Of a DNA stretch of 64,000 nucleotides, positions 51,901-57,913 are shown one piece after another; position 1 is the first letter of the stretch; each line of letters starts with the position of its first letter. The translations under genes and the position numbers were made by a program. The notes beneath the pieces are model-generated. The model did not search any database. It was not told the origin of the DNA and saw nothing but the letters and a program-made list of their open reading frames with translations. The DNA is from a virus: the IMG/VR virus record IMGVR_UViG_3300032011_003089, positions 4,930-68,929 of that record; one strand, written 5' to 3'.

Positions 51901-52338
51901 AAATTCTAAAGCCGAATCAGAAACAGCTTCAAATGTTTGCCCTGTATTTTTTGCTATTGAAAATAGCTCGTTCCCGAAAGTTTTAAGGCCTTGCGTGCTG
52001 GCCATTAAGATAACATTAATCTCCGCCAGCTTATGCTCAAGCTGAACAGCAGAACGAACCATGCCTTCAATAGAGCGGGTTACGTTATATATGATGCCAG
52101 CCGACGCCCCGAACGCGATAACACGAGCGTTAGAAGCTTCTAAGGATTTTTCGAATTCGCCAACAGCACCAGTAATTTTACCTAATGGTTGGGTATAAGA
52201 TTTAGAGAGTAGCCCACCCTTAGATGATAATTGCTCGACCTTTCTAAGCGCACCTGTGATATCCTTCTCCGCCTTTCGCAAAGAAGCTCTATCCGCAACC
52301 GTTTTTACTGTTACTTCCGCTGTGGGTATTATAGCCAT
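36928..52338 (-). CDS. Giant tape measure protein (5136 aa) with internal motif-delimited enzyme-like domains
   Basis: N-terminal TP901-type TMP domain (EFARQG, GNSLKTIFTRL), long Ala/Glu/Lys helical regions, C-terminal FAxGG..DxVPA.L..GE.V domains and RPGGML end; located between tail tube and tail tip genes. Confidence 0.93.
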   Translation of the reverse strand: MAIIPTAEVTVKTVADRASLRKAEKDITGALRKVEQLSSKGGLLSKSYTQPLGKITGAVGEFEKSLEASNARVIAFGASAGIIYNVTRSIEGMVRSAVQLEHKLAEINVILMASTQGLKTFGNELFSIAKNTGQTFEAVSDSALEFARQGLAVEETLKRTSDAMILTRLSGLDVQSSVEAVTATINSFNQTVITSTALVNKLANVDAAFAVSSADLAKAVSRVGSSAQDAGVSLDQLIAMVTTAQQVTARGGSVIGNSLKTIFTRLQRPKVISDLEAFGVVVRDAQGATLPAIQTLQNFANAYDSLTPSQQAVSAEMVGGVFQVNVLKAAIGDLGKQFSIYDRALGTSVNSTDQAIARNAELNKTLNTLVNESMQNLLKVGASIGNITIGPALRNSLEEINEMLEGMDDQSDAGSIGMKMGKGILEGIGNILKGPGMLILGALVGKLLFSFSKFGIDAVRSFAGMNEGAKKQAEMQMLIQNILLKNPDLIDAARSSEENLVRVSDKILESIRARNFALAQSADLSAAMARNLTSVDLGALNLAMQGGGQTEGAWRPTNMFAGGLVPNFNKKKERATTETIGALQGGYKPGTVKEMNVQGVGRVTYNSAETVKTFGGMSQPAIMPPSGSDAGKAYKQKFAEQHGFNPYAAQGFIPNFAELTTKEWIQKVKAGPKWNESDILEKMYKMQTAEEIAKEYYPPQALQQFEEERKEAKLAGVRLQGGPTQSIRNVFRTGEKSGWVGAPDDSKYAGFRDFLKKQGAPIYQGDSKLGFRFDKGSSKDFKPIDLPTDFKGIDLFGSTQLRVDALKSAAFGAFGKKGLMSANISLDDFFDSRKGEHGYGLKTPKGLDKVFSPNDVIQFSIQSSTIPVDNPNRDDLKASGARLSFKNKEFDKVFRDYMTHKKIGKTKQTQEVKEGRAMEAAVFHFINKMADPVQEDGRRWDFTPSNTVTMGGLAKFIGLSGNYERIDAKRTTDDSGVKLSLARKYIEGTQTGSKQLVKQMQAYKGEDESVVARLIEVLSGKAVKEQEMEKAIAADFKAKQKKSGLKSFGGFVPNFATKILDKDQLAQSMGMPLSSKEVRQVFESIVNQAAQRGQISETIVGTAGIGKTTEAIKRAGGRNFVTDPVDLDPSDQLVVVRAAQTVVDSPEFTKSGKITFLKGAKDVVKGMREKRSDQARAGTSDTNFGRSPKQKFGSSSGVVTEALLAEKYASKLGVFERQADMSLKEAEGFEKLNELKGATATIGAFAPFTKGHADMATQAGADVAFVSKGANREYDVGLSPREKAKLIELSNPNLMAIPSNAGVQEHFEHDGKAYRMRKKDTKIALGADRVSGGKEDLTDRFSKTYKGVVPVKGRLDGVSGTKIRKAIVDGDLTTLKSNLPPEIFRVIKNNIPVLQKRASYIQDRKDKANKGLGLLEEDFSKFKAKHGANKKKGELSEISEARGMFQEKRKAFKARLSGYGGKAWGKLGLNLNLASQGFVPNLAYKGLHEKDYGTTMIGRKGAMGKDMSEAQVKKMTAGMRMIRGPEDETLVVGTDMNGRSGRMIASGLTARKIKKSGAHWRTMLNEVPHLFDGLAYDLVGGVAGADWDPEGTSGAMAGIKFENEMAGALGEAKPGAKKGSDFQVGESIAKKLKTQKNLQLKLALHERSKRDPSKVVDIASSFSKYLVDILGHNIKTHGLSSVTTPDRFQQAMGVLNANPAVKKDWIKSFGPMGMKSGGFVPNFASMDISAMQRHLGVDASSPEFQEWQANRKKRLYDEEQGRLMKGRGVATKGLNSAEMFRFKDDQKATKDKYGGRELESEINPERVAASQNQALRAMGVPEYISQYGTGRIKVPPPGAVSFNAQDAGQRNRLKEKHGIKGDSRPTFNAVWNEEDAKQNVAKRKWAIKNGVSAAEYGKMMRHGGKLNAPLSKEAREGGRNTRFEDSPEMLREERNVTKEEIKAEIHQSASGLASQYGRWGAVFPKSSVGEEYYGTLEQLFKTDHPDYNRILITSTKDFVKKKGLANKAIHGNVVNSDVHGTNMSHELVASSNPELHELESVDFNPLRGRDAGSGYQHVGMGKIPTQGEFSLLAKDQDMIKQYTTELEDMVIQSIGSKAFSMVANQKKMQEFDKMQGASHKAMLQALGTYAEGLVPNFSRDALKEAVGREKAAGQGQPRVGYDRRLGKSGGIGVYNTTEGSLTNAINMHLKGGKSIGEVQTQGASQGHVPNFAGGAMDSAMMMASMGFLASGIKDLGNNFKQLGSEGLKGFDAALDKTQQALEEKEKKLGKTEAEAQHKQKQEASMSYNENALDQQKNLSQQENKGEILFGLWDSSRNEARASEARTQYAIQDGPEAFKQQGLAQVAREAGYEGEAGGAEMWLQSAEGKGKTGEEGISKAIERAKQLWDKKIESLEEEERLANEREQKARELMDAQEETVRKAQKSNENAQEAAGVNKKSVKESEAKLKEKLEAIEEATKPEREARDKAAAEKKKAGKMFGKGGRAMRFIEGGGASNIIATAPMLASQASQFMNQDDLKGKAAVEGAGMAASYAATGAQMGAMAGPWGAAIGGIAGATMGIKSLADGLVKAEIQERGAQVRKELEQVGEALNKVQQSGQKYLESVNKMNQMFKKPVEANPEDLASLQRKMAESITDIPDKFRSQFIAASGDAEKIKEVFAEITTNLQRDKSDLEAATKGFDLQEKFAGEWGDKKIFNDADSLSDRKRIENVAKSQIRSGGVNQDEVLKAIESGKLDVNSIGSFSDIDTSYLGNDFSDFVNTLGTADVGAYTKRIKDYFKELEKGAEGAKKAQLILEDRRKFEEQYSAHLQTLNQELASFSATLGSTVDIIKNKAKTFDEMTRNAQAFNIARAQEITKGSSERAAAYQTEGSKAATQAQTRATGINAKFLKQMQAETSKAAFASLEIPLRKFTEASKKTNELLARKDQNAQGKAQIGAFTRVANSQETLLPVVQKSIKILTNSKDKLADLKKINGEIKQASLDAGYNQLEAQALTDNILKQLEREEESLADKLSIMIQQQAQELTMSAIQADNQKRMIRQTQELKMMGGAGGFEKGGQTMFSKGFDDLATALGSQLKASYSGAQVDQGRADFELLKIIRQSMPMFDMSDNSAAMGLAEGAMVSRAQDIQAQMFMAQRQMAIRTGDAAEARKAFSKEGGMPDPYDIAAKQITSELKLESMSEDIAEMNKNSKVLNVLVGNQSQDLYGQNVKAFDAALKANGVSEIPKGQVNLGKVINGVANVDAAGFLKVDSSIGQVSTDIGLMDEHLSGQLQRYQEAITNAFTDQRQKQKEVEVVQAGKGAMANYRAASGEARRAREAMNAASAASDADLTEERRGFKGTWTGKEARKKLSARGYDEAWTTDTPEFLIGGIATGSPNIRSGQGAVDKEEMDLGGILGAMSYLRAAETGNDTQMQYLANIAKEMAKDNNAQGETFDKMLAFARLGTTEGMTQEQLKLAQQLTAQAKQVRAQGPGWTADYSERAAFGIIPGFGKDGGAAEALRMSTREASVSNMGAHHNSLFRQILDIETERNAGGNRAKEAARLDLQNALIKEGNALLEARNRLSATTSESEFTFDDKRGIPVNLDDVLIEQKKTVQDSRRGVDMLASEIAKMDKTNLTGLESIVRVLDKAGGQRYGMVTDGLDENEVKRMLYTMASDLAGKEGGAGEGALVFDELLEHFQRQQQATPELVEAIKLLRKNLVPETKLKSEGFDYKAPKSPVKPIDTSAVEGMNLEQVASSSGDLSGAMDKMTGLLGTAYGKFNQAWFTGSVIPASTKLSFALESIKAVVDKGKYGLEHSGMDKAKGVIAKAAQKLVDSASSYIPGQRSQAEGSSLTSKGFQQFDVDSAKLDLDILLKNKAELDERKAAIAAAEEKIKPLTPQAGSFDWGRSVKEQAEHDTEMKRLGFEGPNAAAVTEEDVIAHRQNYETNLHLEKIAALMARKEMAADSTFNALPSYSHERDTRTEAAEKKHLENLKKERAQQQKIIDQNKGHIEANSKPYMDRGEMKPGYYPALEEKIKTAQQKVKDASAGLQNRHPESRNLTQSALNEPGSFLGTIKQSVLAARERLKKNNLAAPKPKGETTQSINNKNKSTVQEAVDDVNATVKEMEKGLKASESLRKDFFESQVSFTKAYERYSAMAKQGKTMDEVSAEAEKDIALIIEKKQALMQTLLRFDTDFDWNVTKDELESGVKDIAHRKTEEAEKRGEFGKGANFDAEKKAKHYEAQRKKAEEEYKLLLNKAKEKDKEIAGVRAAAKIQTEYMAKAEENEKFLNKLKDSAKGMTSIYAGIADESTQLEAQLRLFADYQTLVAKNARATAQTDLAKASVGMGFSEDVVAKASQVAEQIAQSFVLRTSAKNKARQTIDDFEDDISAKMADYGTSEIKSLTSKGDYGGLQKDFDDAMIKHGNDMQKIIADTEISEQLRGHLQDIIEKWGTEKEGEVRKLTRQVNFELVGQNFDNMTRMFEEGGVKFEKVTAQYNGLVAGILDGTRKLDDADKDGKTTRQRIIEYNKAEVADSTTKLENVNQFSANEYKASAFASAAQKQTSQFIESPGIRTDAELETHISARTKTLELASKGYSNELQNTIKLYEAGVIPTAQYRQALEKANEAAIEAGEYGFKNLAETVRAGFSYSQQDYFKDINRMGAEFAQDFRTGTASAFGEAIKGTKTLKEAFGDMFKNMADKMLDNALQMGVNSIFDAVLGRGGKMKKGGEVKGYASGGVVNGGSGTKDDVPAYLTKGEYVIRKSAVNAYGQQFFDALNSSNVVTAEKGGAIARLANIRRQELTKARDLRTAGIQSFNYKQFGEKDKEDWLGRKTGEKELETHRGYRVNLNNSLTPQRIEAIKTIAEKYPEVGKNLDRDLFDESSVEIGEGSYKVHLKNKYVMDNLQRPEMGKLIQDSKLSAYAMTNENNPQNKYKFEKMDTFFNYQKEKLEFLKTQDEAMEKHQREKQGRRYGFLFGAASMLVSGALTGGKGAFISPTQKAKGGLINAPRKFAMGGMNSDNVPALLMGGEYVLNKDTVDEYGTEFFDRLNTGKLAKFAAGGLVRKPHTITAMPGSKGASSNDGSGIGGSTTTTNNINIAVNVDSNGNVTADTTDASGAGDLTEQESKELAARIKTSVMDVIIQQKRPGGMLYDTK
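45706..50652 (-). repeat. Seven dispersed G-[FLH]-[VI]-P-N-[FL] peptide motifs in the TMP
   Basis: 50635-50652 GLVPNF; 50371-50388 GFIPNF; 49174-49191 GFVPNF; 47893-47910 GFVPNL; 47170-47187 GFVPNF; 45928-45945 GLVPNF; 45706-45723 GHVPNF. Confidence 0.9.
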
Positions 52339-52356
52339 ATACCTTGTTCCTAAAGT

Positions 52357-52365
52357 AAATTACAC
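52357..52365 (-). promoter_or_regulatory. GTGTAA motif (putative late promoter) upstream of TMP
   Basis: GTGTAATTT followed by AGGAACAAGG and ATG 52338. Confidence 0.55.
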
Positions 52366-52374
52366 AGTTTTTAA

Positions 52375-53388
52375 TTATACTCCATGCAATTTTATCATGT
52401 CTTCCATACTTAATGTCCCACCTTTTTTGCGTATTTCTTCGTTTAAATCGACTGTACCTGCATCTAATGGGTCTTTAGTCATGCCTAGGGCTTCCATATC
52501 TTCCTTGGTTGCGCCAACCACCGTTGAGGCCACGCCCGTAGCTTCCTTGCCGCCGCCATTTTCTTCCTGTTTTTTCTCTATTTCGTATAGCTGCAATAGT
52601 TTATCTGGGTCTTGCATGACATCTTGTGAAGGGGGGTGTTTCATCTCGGAAAGCATGTGTTTATAATACCTTCCGTAAGCAAACAAATCGGCTTGATGAT
52701 ACGTTAGATTAACCACTGGCTTGCCAAAGAATATCATTGGGTTGTCTTTGCAAAGATGAAAATTATTAAGAAAGAAACTACTCAAAGCCAGCCGCTTCAT
52801 ATTTTTGTCTGAAAATTGCCCCGAAACTAAATTATATACAGTAACCAGCTTCGAAAGCTCTATATCATTCAACTCATCAAACTCTTCCTCATTGAACAAG
52901 TTGTTTTCACACTTTCTATCAGAGTATAAAGTCAAGAAGATATAGTAATCATTAATTCTTTTGTCTGCGTATATCTCGGAGGTTAAACCTATTAGGTGCG
53001 TTTTCTCAGTGATTATTTTATCCAGCTCTTCTTCGGCTTCTTCTATTTGTATTTGCAAGGCGTCTTTTTCGGACTTGAGAAGCATTTTACTCTTAGTCTC
53101 ATTCATTCTGGATATGAATTCTATAAACTCTTTCTGTTTTCTTTCTTTCTCTTTTGTCCAAGTTCCTTCATCCAAAAGAATTTGCAGCTTCTCTTCGTTG
53201 GATGGCAAGCCTTTTTGAGTAGCCTCTAAGAAGTGTTCTTCTCGTCTTTCATCTAGAACTTCTGTGTCCCATATGGTGAGATGCTTGATAAAAATTTTTC
53301 CGTAAGTTTCATCTTCAAAGTCAGACCTACCCCTTAATATGTCGGCGTAAATCTGCCTAAGCTTCTCTTTTGGGACTAAATTACTCAT
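52375..53388 (-). CDS. Putative tail assembly chaperone
   Basis: Immediately upstream of TMP; acidic and helical; positional inference only. Confidence 0.5.
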   Translation of the reverse strand: MSNLVPKEKLRQIYADILRGRSDFEDETYGKIFIKHLTIWDTEVLDERREEHFLEATQKGLPSNEEKLQILLDEGTWTKEKERKQKEFIEFISRMNETKSKMLLKSEKDALQIQIEEAEEELDKIITEKTHLIGLTSEIYADKRINDYYIFLTLYSDRKCENNLFNEEEFDELNDIELSKLVTVYNLVSGQFSDKNMKRLALSSFFLNNFHLCKDNPMIFFGKPVVNLTYHQADLFAYGRYYKHMLSEMKHPPSQDVMQDPDKLLQLYEIEKKQEENGGGKEATGVASTVVGATKEDMEALGMTKDPLDAGTVDLNEEIRKKGGTLSMEDMIKLHGV

Positions 53389-53396
53389 GTCAATAT

Positions 53397-53423
53397 AAAA
53401 AAAGCCCCGTTTAAAGGGGGCTT
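53397..53423 (-). terminator. Intrinsic terminator
   Basis: Minus strand AAGCCCC-CTTTAAAC-GGGGCTT followed by a T run. Confidence 0.75.
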
Positions 53424-53447
53424 AGGCCATAGTTTAAGGGTTAAATT

Positions 53448-54347
53448 TTATTCCCCCTCCGAGCCTTTATTGGATTCAACAGTGGTTTCTGTGACTTTTT
53501 CAGATTTTTGTTTATTTGATTTTTTCTTTGACTCTTCTTTCTTTGGTTCTTCTTTCTTTGGTTCTTCTTTGGGTTCTTCTTTAGCTGGCGCAGACTCTTT
53601 AAATAACTCCTCACCAGAGTCTTTCAAAAGCTGTTCGAACTCTTCTTGACTTGTGACTCTTCCCACGTACCAGAAGCTAACATAGTAAACCAGTTTACGC
53701 AGAAGCTCATCATGGTATTCATCTTCAGATTCTTCAAGAGCATCATAGGAGCTGAGTCTATCATCAAAACTTTGCCCAGCGAATACAGCCTCTTCTGTGT
53801 CGTCCTCGTTAATTACGTGAGAAAGCTGAAGCGTCCACCAAAGGATAGTTTTGTTTCTAGCTCTATTTTCTGCCGTTTGCTCGAATAGAGAGGACTGTGC
53901 CATTTCAAAATCTGTCAACTGCTGTCTCAAGTCCGCCGAGGTTTCTAGGGCGTCATTTAGCTTAGACTCTTCATCTGTATTTCGTTTTTTAGCTGGCGTG
54001 GCAGACATGCGTTCGATGTCTATTTGCTGCTCGTAAAGCTTAATATAAAGGTCTGAATATCTATCTTTATCATCTTCGCTTAACACGCCCCCATCGTTAG
54101 AGAATCTTTTAGCGAGCAGCGCTCTAGTAAGAAGCCCAGCCTTGATTCCTTCGGATAATTTAACTCCGTAAAACAGCTCGGCCTCATCAAATAGAGAGCG
54201 AGTAGGCTTCTTCAAAAATACCTTTTGTTTAGTGGGCCTAACAACTTCTTTTTCCGTAGTCACAGTTTCGCCCTTGTCATTTTTAGACTCTTCTTTTACG
54301 GTTTCCTTAATGTCCCTATCCAGCGTAAATGTAAATAGTTTTTTCAT
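53448..54347 (-). CDS. Putative tail assembly chaperone with low-complexity EEPKK tail
   Basis: Between tail tube and TMP; KVFLKKPT; C-terminal KEEPK repeats. Confidence 0.5.
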   Translation of the reverse strand: MKKLFTFTLDRDIKETVKEESKNDKGETVTTEKEVVRPTKQKVFLKKPTRSLFDEAELFYGVKLSEGIKAGLLTRALLAKRFSNDGGVLSEDDKDRYSDLYIKLYEQQIDIERMSATPAKKRNTDEESKLNDALETSADLRQQLTDFEMAQSSLFEQTAENRARNKTILWWTLQLSHVINEDDTEEAVFAGQSFDDRLSSYDALEESEDEYHDELLRKLVYYVSFWYVGRVTSQEEFEQLLKDSGEELFKESAPAKEEPKEEPKKEEPKKEESKKKSNKQKSEKVTETTVESNKGSEGE

Positions 54348-54349
54348 AA

Positions 54350-54571
54350 TTACTTTAATTCTATATCTAAGCTATCCAATATCTCCTCGATTTCTCTAAT
54401 CGTATCATTACCATAATCTAATATTCTTTTTCTATTACGTTGATATGCTTCCTGAGAATTGTATTGAGAGTTACTTGAATCTTCCAAAATAAAGAGAAAG
54501 TTTTTGTATAGATTTGTCACTTTGCGACGAACCTGAAACTTTAAGAAGTCTTTAGCCTTTTCTCCTTCCAT
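54350..54571 (-). CDS. Hypothetical protein
   Basis: 73-aa ORF with GTGTAA motif and AAGGAAAAAGG upstream. Confidence 0.65.
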   Translation of the reverse strand: MEGEKAKDFLKFQVRRKVTNLYKNFLFILEDSSNSQYNSQEAYQRNRKRILDYGNDTIREIEEILDSLDIELK

Positions 54572-54598
54572 ACCTAGAGATACCTTTTTCCTTACTTT

Positions 54599-54607
54599 AT
54601 TTTACAC
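54599..54607 (-). promoter_or_regulatory. GTGTAA motif (putative late promoter)
   Basis: GTGTAAAATAAAGT, identical over 14 nt to the copy at 28732. Confidence 0.6.
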
Positions 54608-54625
54608 TAAAAAAGCACTTTTCAC

Positions 54626-54653
54626 AAAAAAAAGGCTCCCAAAAATGGGAGCC
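54626..54653 (-). terminator. Intrinsic terminator after major tail protein
   Basis: GGCTCCCA-TTTT-TGGGAGCC followed by T8 on minus strand. Confidence 0.85.
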
Positions 54654-54678
54654 CCTGAATCTTTGAATATACCTACTC

Positions 54679-55953
54679 TTAGGAGGAGATACCTTCCATA
54701 AAGAAGCCAGAGTCGGTGTCGTTTGGTCCACCAATCTGAGAACTGAAGTTCAAGGTAACACTCTTGTTGTCACCAATTCCGCTTGAGAACTCTTGGCTAT
54801 CAAGCTTGGCACCAATCAAGTGGTAACTAGCAACTACAGTGGTTGTTCCCGGAGCATTCAAGTCCACGTTCAAGTGGAAGAATCCGTCGTCGGAAACAAG
54901 CTGGTCCAAACCACCGACGTTCATGTCAGCAACCATGGCTTCCATTGACATGCTAACCGTTACTGGGAAGTCAATTTCACGAGAGAACGCAAACTTGCTG
55001 CCCAATTTCTCCAGAGGAGTACGGCTAATATCGAAGCTCACGTTGTAGCTTTGAAGCTTAGCTGCTTTGGCGCTGTCGCCAGATGCTTGAGACAAGTTGG
55101 GGCCAGCGGCGTGCTCGCCGTCTTCCAAGCTGTCCGAACTACTATTGCTAGCTGCTGTAGGAGCAGTATCACCCCAAGTGGTATACGTACCAGCAAGGCT
55201 GGCCTTGTGTTGGAACGAAAAGGTAATATCGCCCGGTCTTAGAACAGACAACTGCTTGTTCGTGCCAGCGGCCAAAGCGTGTTTGCCGTTTCCATCACCA
55301 CCAGAAGGAAGCTGGAAGAAGTTTGTGGAGTTGGCTGCACCAGTAGACTGGGTAACAGCGGGAATCAAACCTGAAGAGGCGCTGTAAACCTTCATGTTTA
55401 GAGCTTCTACGTTTACGGAAACAGTCGGGAAGTTACCCACTGAACCCTCAGTGGAGTAAGAAGTGATGTAGCCGTTACCGAGACCGATAACGCTAGAACC
55501 AGCGGTACGGTCTTGGTCGCGCTCGTCTAAACCTTCACCAACGGTTTTAATGTAGTAGCACTTTTCATCGCCAGACTTATCAAGAATATTCTTAATAGCT
55601 GATACAAGGCTACCTGTAGCAGTTCCAACAGAATTAACCTCAAAGCCCATAGTGTTCTCGTTCGCCATGTTACCAACCAAATATTGGAAGTCCAAGGAAA
55701 CGGTGGGGGAACTCAAGATGATTCTGTCGATAGCAGCTAGGTTACCGAATTGGTTAACGTCCTGTCTCTCAATCGAGAAACTGTAGTTTGCATTTTGAAC
55801 ACGTTGTATGTGCGTTGGTCTTTCGCCCGCAGTGATTGTGGCGCTACCAGCGAGGCTATCAGCCCCTTGGTTCACCTGACAACCCTGAGCGGCAGTTCCG
55901 GTACGACTCACATACAGTGCTTCACTTTGATAAATTACTCTATTTCTGGCCAT
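54679..55953 (-). CDS. Major tail tube protein (internally duplicated)
   Basis: Position upstream of chaperones and TMP; own promoter motif and terminator; Gly/Ser/Ala-rich beta composition; two similar halves. Confidence 0.75.
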   Translation of the reverse strand: MARNRVIYQSEALYVSRTGTAAQGCQVNQGADSLAGSATITAGERPTHIQRVQNANYSFSIERQDVNQFGNLAAIDRIILSSPTVSLDFQYLVGNMANENTMGFEVNSVGTATGSLVSAIKNILDKSGDEKCYYIKTVGEGLDERDQDRTAGSSVIGLGNGYITSYSTEGSVGNFPTVSVNVEALNMKVYSASSGLIPAVTQSTGAANSTNFFQLPSGGDGNGKHALAAGTNKQLSVLRPGDITFSFQHKASLAGTYTTWGDTAPTAASNSSSDSLEDGEHAAGPNLSQASGDSAKAAKLQSYNVSFDISRTPLEKLGSKFAFSREIDFPVTVSMSMEAMVADMNVGGLDQLVSDDGFFHLNVDLNAPGTTTVVASYHLIGAKLDSQEFSSGIGDNKSVTLNFSSQIGGPNDTDSGFFMEGISS

Positions 55954-56011
55954 TGTTATAATCCTTTATTTACTTTAAATTACATATTATTATTAGTTTT
56001 GGGAACTGGAT

Positions 56012-56881
56012 TCAGCTTCTAGGCCATCTCAGTTCATTAAGCTCAAAATCAATAAACATACTAAAAACATCGGGGTTTGCGTTAGCTTTCTGAGCGAACG
56101 ATAATCCACCTATTTTACTAATATACACCTTATCTAAGAAGATACTCTTATTATTTTGGAGCGATGTCGAAGATAGGCTCTTATAATGATAGGGGTTTGC
56201 CACGTTGGTATAATCGCCCAAGCTGTTAAAGGGCATGTCGGTTTCATCTACGAGAGGAATCAAAGACTTGGCTTTATCCCTGAATATCGAGGCAACCGCG
56301 TCCATTTTGAACTGAGAATCCGATAAAACTATGGCTCTTACATCAATACTGGTCAAATCCCCGCCACCCATCGTCATAGGCTCATTTTGCCCACCGTTAT
56401 TCTTTAAGAAGACGGCTGGGTAAGTTTTGGTGCCGTGAGCTATGGCTTGCGCAGTGGCGTCAGTTTTATTCCTCAGCTTGTACTGAGTCTCAAAAAGTAG
56501 TTTTTCCTCTAAATCGTTGGTAATATGAACATTGAAATCTTTAACAGCATAATGCCCCCTTAGGCTGGTGCTAACATTAGCCACGGGATTAGAGAAATAA
56601 ACGTGTCCTTTATCGTAATTTACAGCCGCAAAATTCTGCTGACCCCTGCTTATACTAGTGTTGTTTAGAATAAGAGTGTTCAGTACGGTAGCTCCTGTGA
56701 CAGATGTATCTGACACCAGCTGCTTGAACGGAGCTCCGTAAGCATTATAGCCTTGGTACATATCGTCTGCTTCGTAAAAAAACGAAGAGAAATTAGTAAA
56801 AGCCTCGCCTTTGGTCAGCAGGATATGGTCAAACCAAAGGTAGAAGCTAGACATTACTGTGTTGTCAAATTGTGCTTTCAT
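56012..56881 (-). CDS. Putative tail terminator / completion protein
   Basis: YPAVFL motif; directly upstream of tail tube. Confidence 0.5.
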   Translation of the reverse strand: MKAQFDNTVMSSFYLWFDHILLTKGEAFTNFSSFFYEADDMYQGYNAYGAPFKQLVSDTSVTGATVLNTLILNNTSISRGQQNFAAVNYDKGHVYFSNPVANVSTSLRGHYAVKDFNVHITNDLEEKLLFETQYKLRNKTDATAQAIAHGTKTYPAVFLKNNGGQNEPMTMGGGDLTSIDVRAIVLSDSQFKMDAVASIFRDKAKSLIPLVDETDMPFNSLGDYTNVANPYHYKSLSSTSLQNNKSIFLDKVYISKIGGLSFAQKANANPDVFSMFIDFELNELRWPRS

Positions 56882-57477
56882 CCTAATTTACTATAAAATT
56901 TATCTAAAATGTCACTCATGTATTTCACGGGTTTATACGCTAAAGACCTAACCTTATTACTAACCTGAGCAGCTTTACCAGAGCGAGAGTCTGTTATTCC
57001 ATCGTTGGAATACATATAAAAACCAAAACCGCTAATGCCTCTTTCAACTTCTCTAGTCCAACTTTTTCCAGACCAAGGCGAGGGTGTTAGTGATTCTATA
57101 TCCTCTTTCTTAGGTGTGTCTATGCTGAAAGTCATATCAACATGCCGCTGTTTCCTATCCACCCTTTTCGGTTGCCTAAACACTCTGGCAGTTCTTAGTA
57201 AATACTTTTTAATCTGCGACGTAGGATTACTGCCCGCCGAAAAGCCTATAAAAGTAAAAAGGTTTCCATAACCACCCAAAGTCCCAGATAAATTGCTAGA
57301 CTCTGTACCACCCTCAATCTCTCTAGTTACTGGGTGAGACTCAAAGTCGTTAATTAACTCTCGTCTAGCTTCATTAATCCTAGCTTGCACGGTAGAAAAA
57401 GCCTCTCTTTGCATTTGCTTCGAAGCCATTTGTTTAGCTACGTCTCGCTCAAATTGTCTGGTGTTAAATTTAGGCAT
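56878..57477 (-). CDS. Putative neck / tail completion protein (HK97 gp10-like position)
   Basis: W..EVERG...YKPVKYM; synteny. Confidence 0.45.
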   Translation of the reverse strand: MPKFNTRQFERDVAKQMASKQMQREAFSTVQARINEARRELINDFESHPVTREIEGGTESSNLSGTLGGYGNLFTFIGFSAGSNPTSQIKKYLLRTARVFRQPKRVDRKQRHVDMTFSIDTPKKEDIESLTPSPWSGKSWTREVERGISGFGFYMYSNDGITDSRSGKAAQVSNKVRSLAYKPVKYMSDILDKFYSKLG

Positions 57478-57911
57478 TATGTTGTGGCTTGTAAATAGAA
57501 GACGTAGTATTTCGTGCCTAAAAAGTCCTGAACTTTATCGTCGGTAACTTTATTGAACGATTTTCCGTCCACCTCTATTCTCTCTGTTTTACCTGTTTTA
57601 ATATAGCTTGCTGCGTCTGCTTCTACTTTTATTCTAACAGTTCCTATTTCGTATGTACCGACCTGAGTTGACACCTCCGTTTGCTGCGGGGAGTATGAAA
57701 TTGTAGCGTCAAATTCTTTTTTCTGCGGCACGTAACTTACATTAGACTCTTCCGAGTCTTCGCCGTAGCCAGCCATAGGCTTATTAGCCACGCTAGCAAC
57801 GACCTTAACAGGCTCTTTGTGTACGGTTATCTTCCTTTTGAACGTGTCGAAGATATCCTTAAAGACCAAGGCCAATTCTGCTTTTTCTACGTTTGATATT
57901 AAGCTCGGCAT
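57477..57911 (-). CDS. Putative head-closure protein
   Basis: Small beta-rich ORF (ERIEVDGKSF); synteny. Confidence 0.45.
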   Translation of the reverse strand: MPSLISNVEKAELALVFKDIFDTFKRKITVHKEPVKVVASVANKPMAGYGEDSEESNVSYVPQKKEFDATISYSPQQTEVSTQVGTYEIGTVRIKVEADAASYIKTGKTERIEVDGKSFNKVTDDKVQDFLGTKYYVFYLQATT

Positions 57912-57913
57912 TT

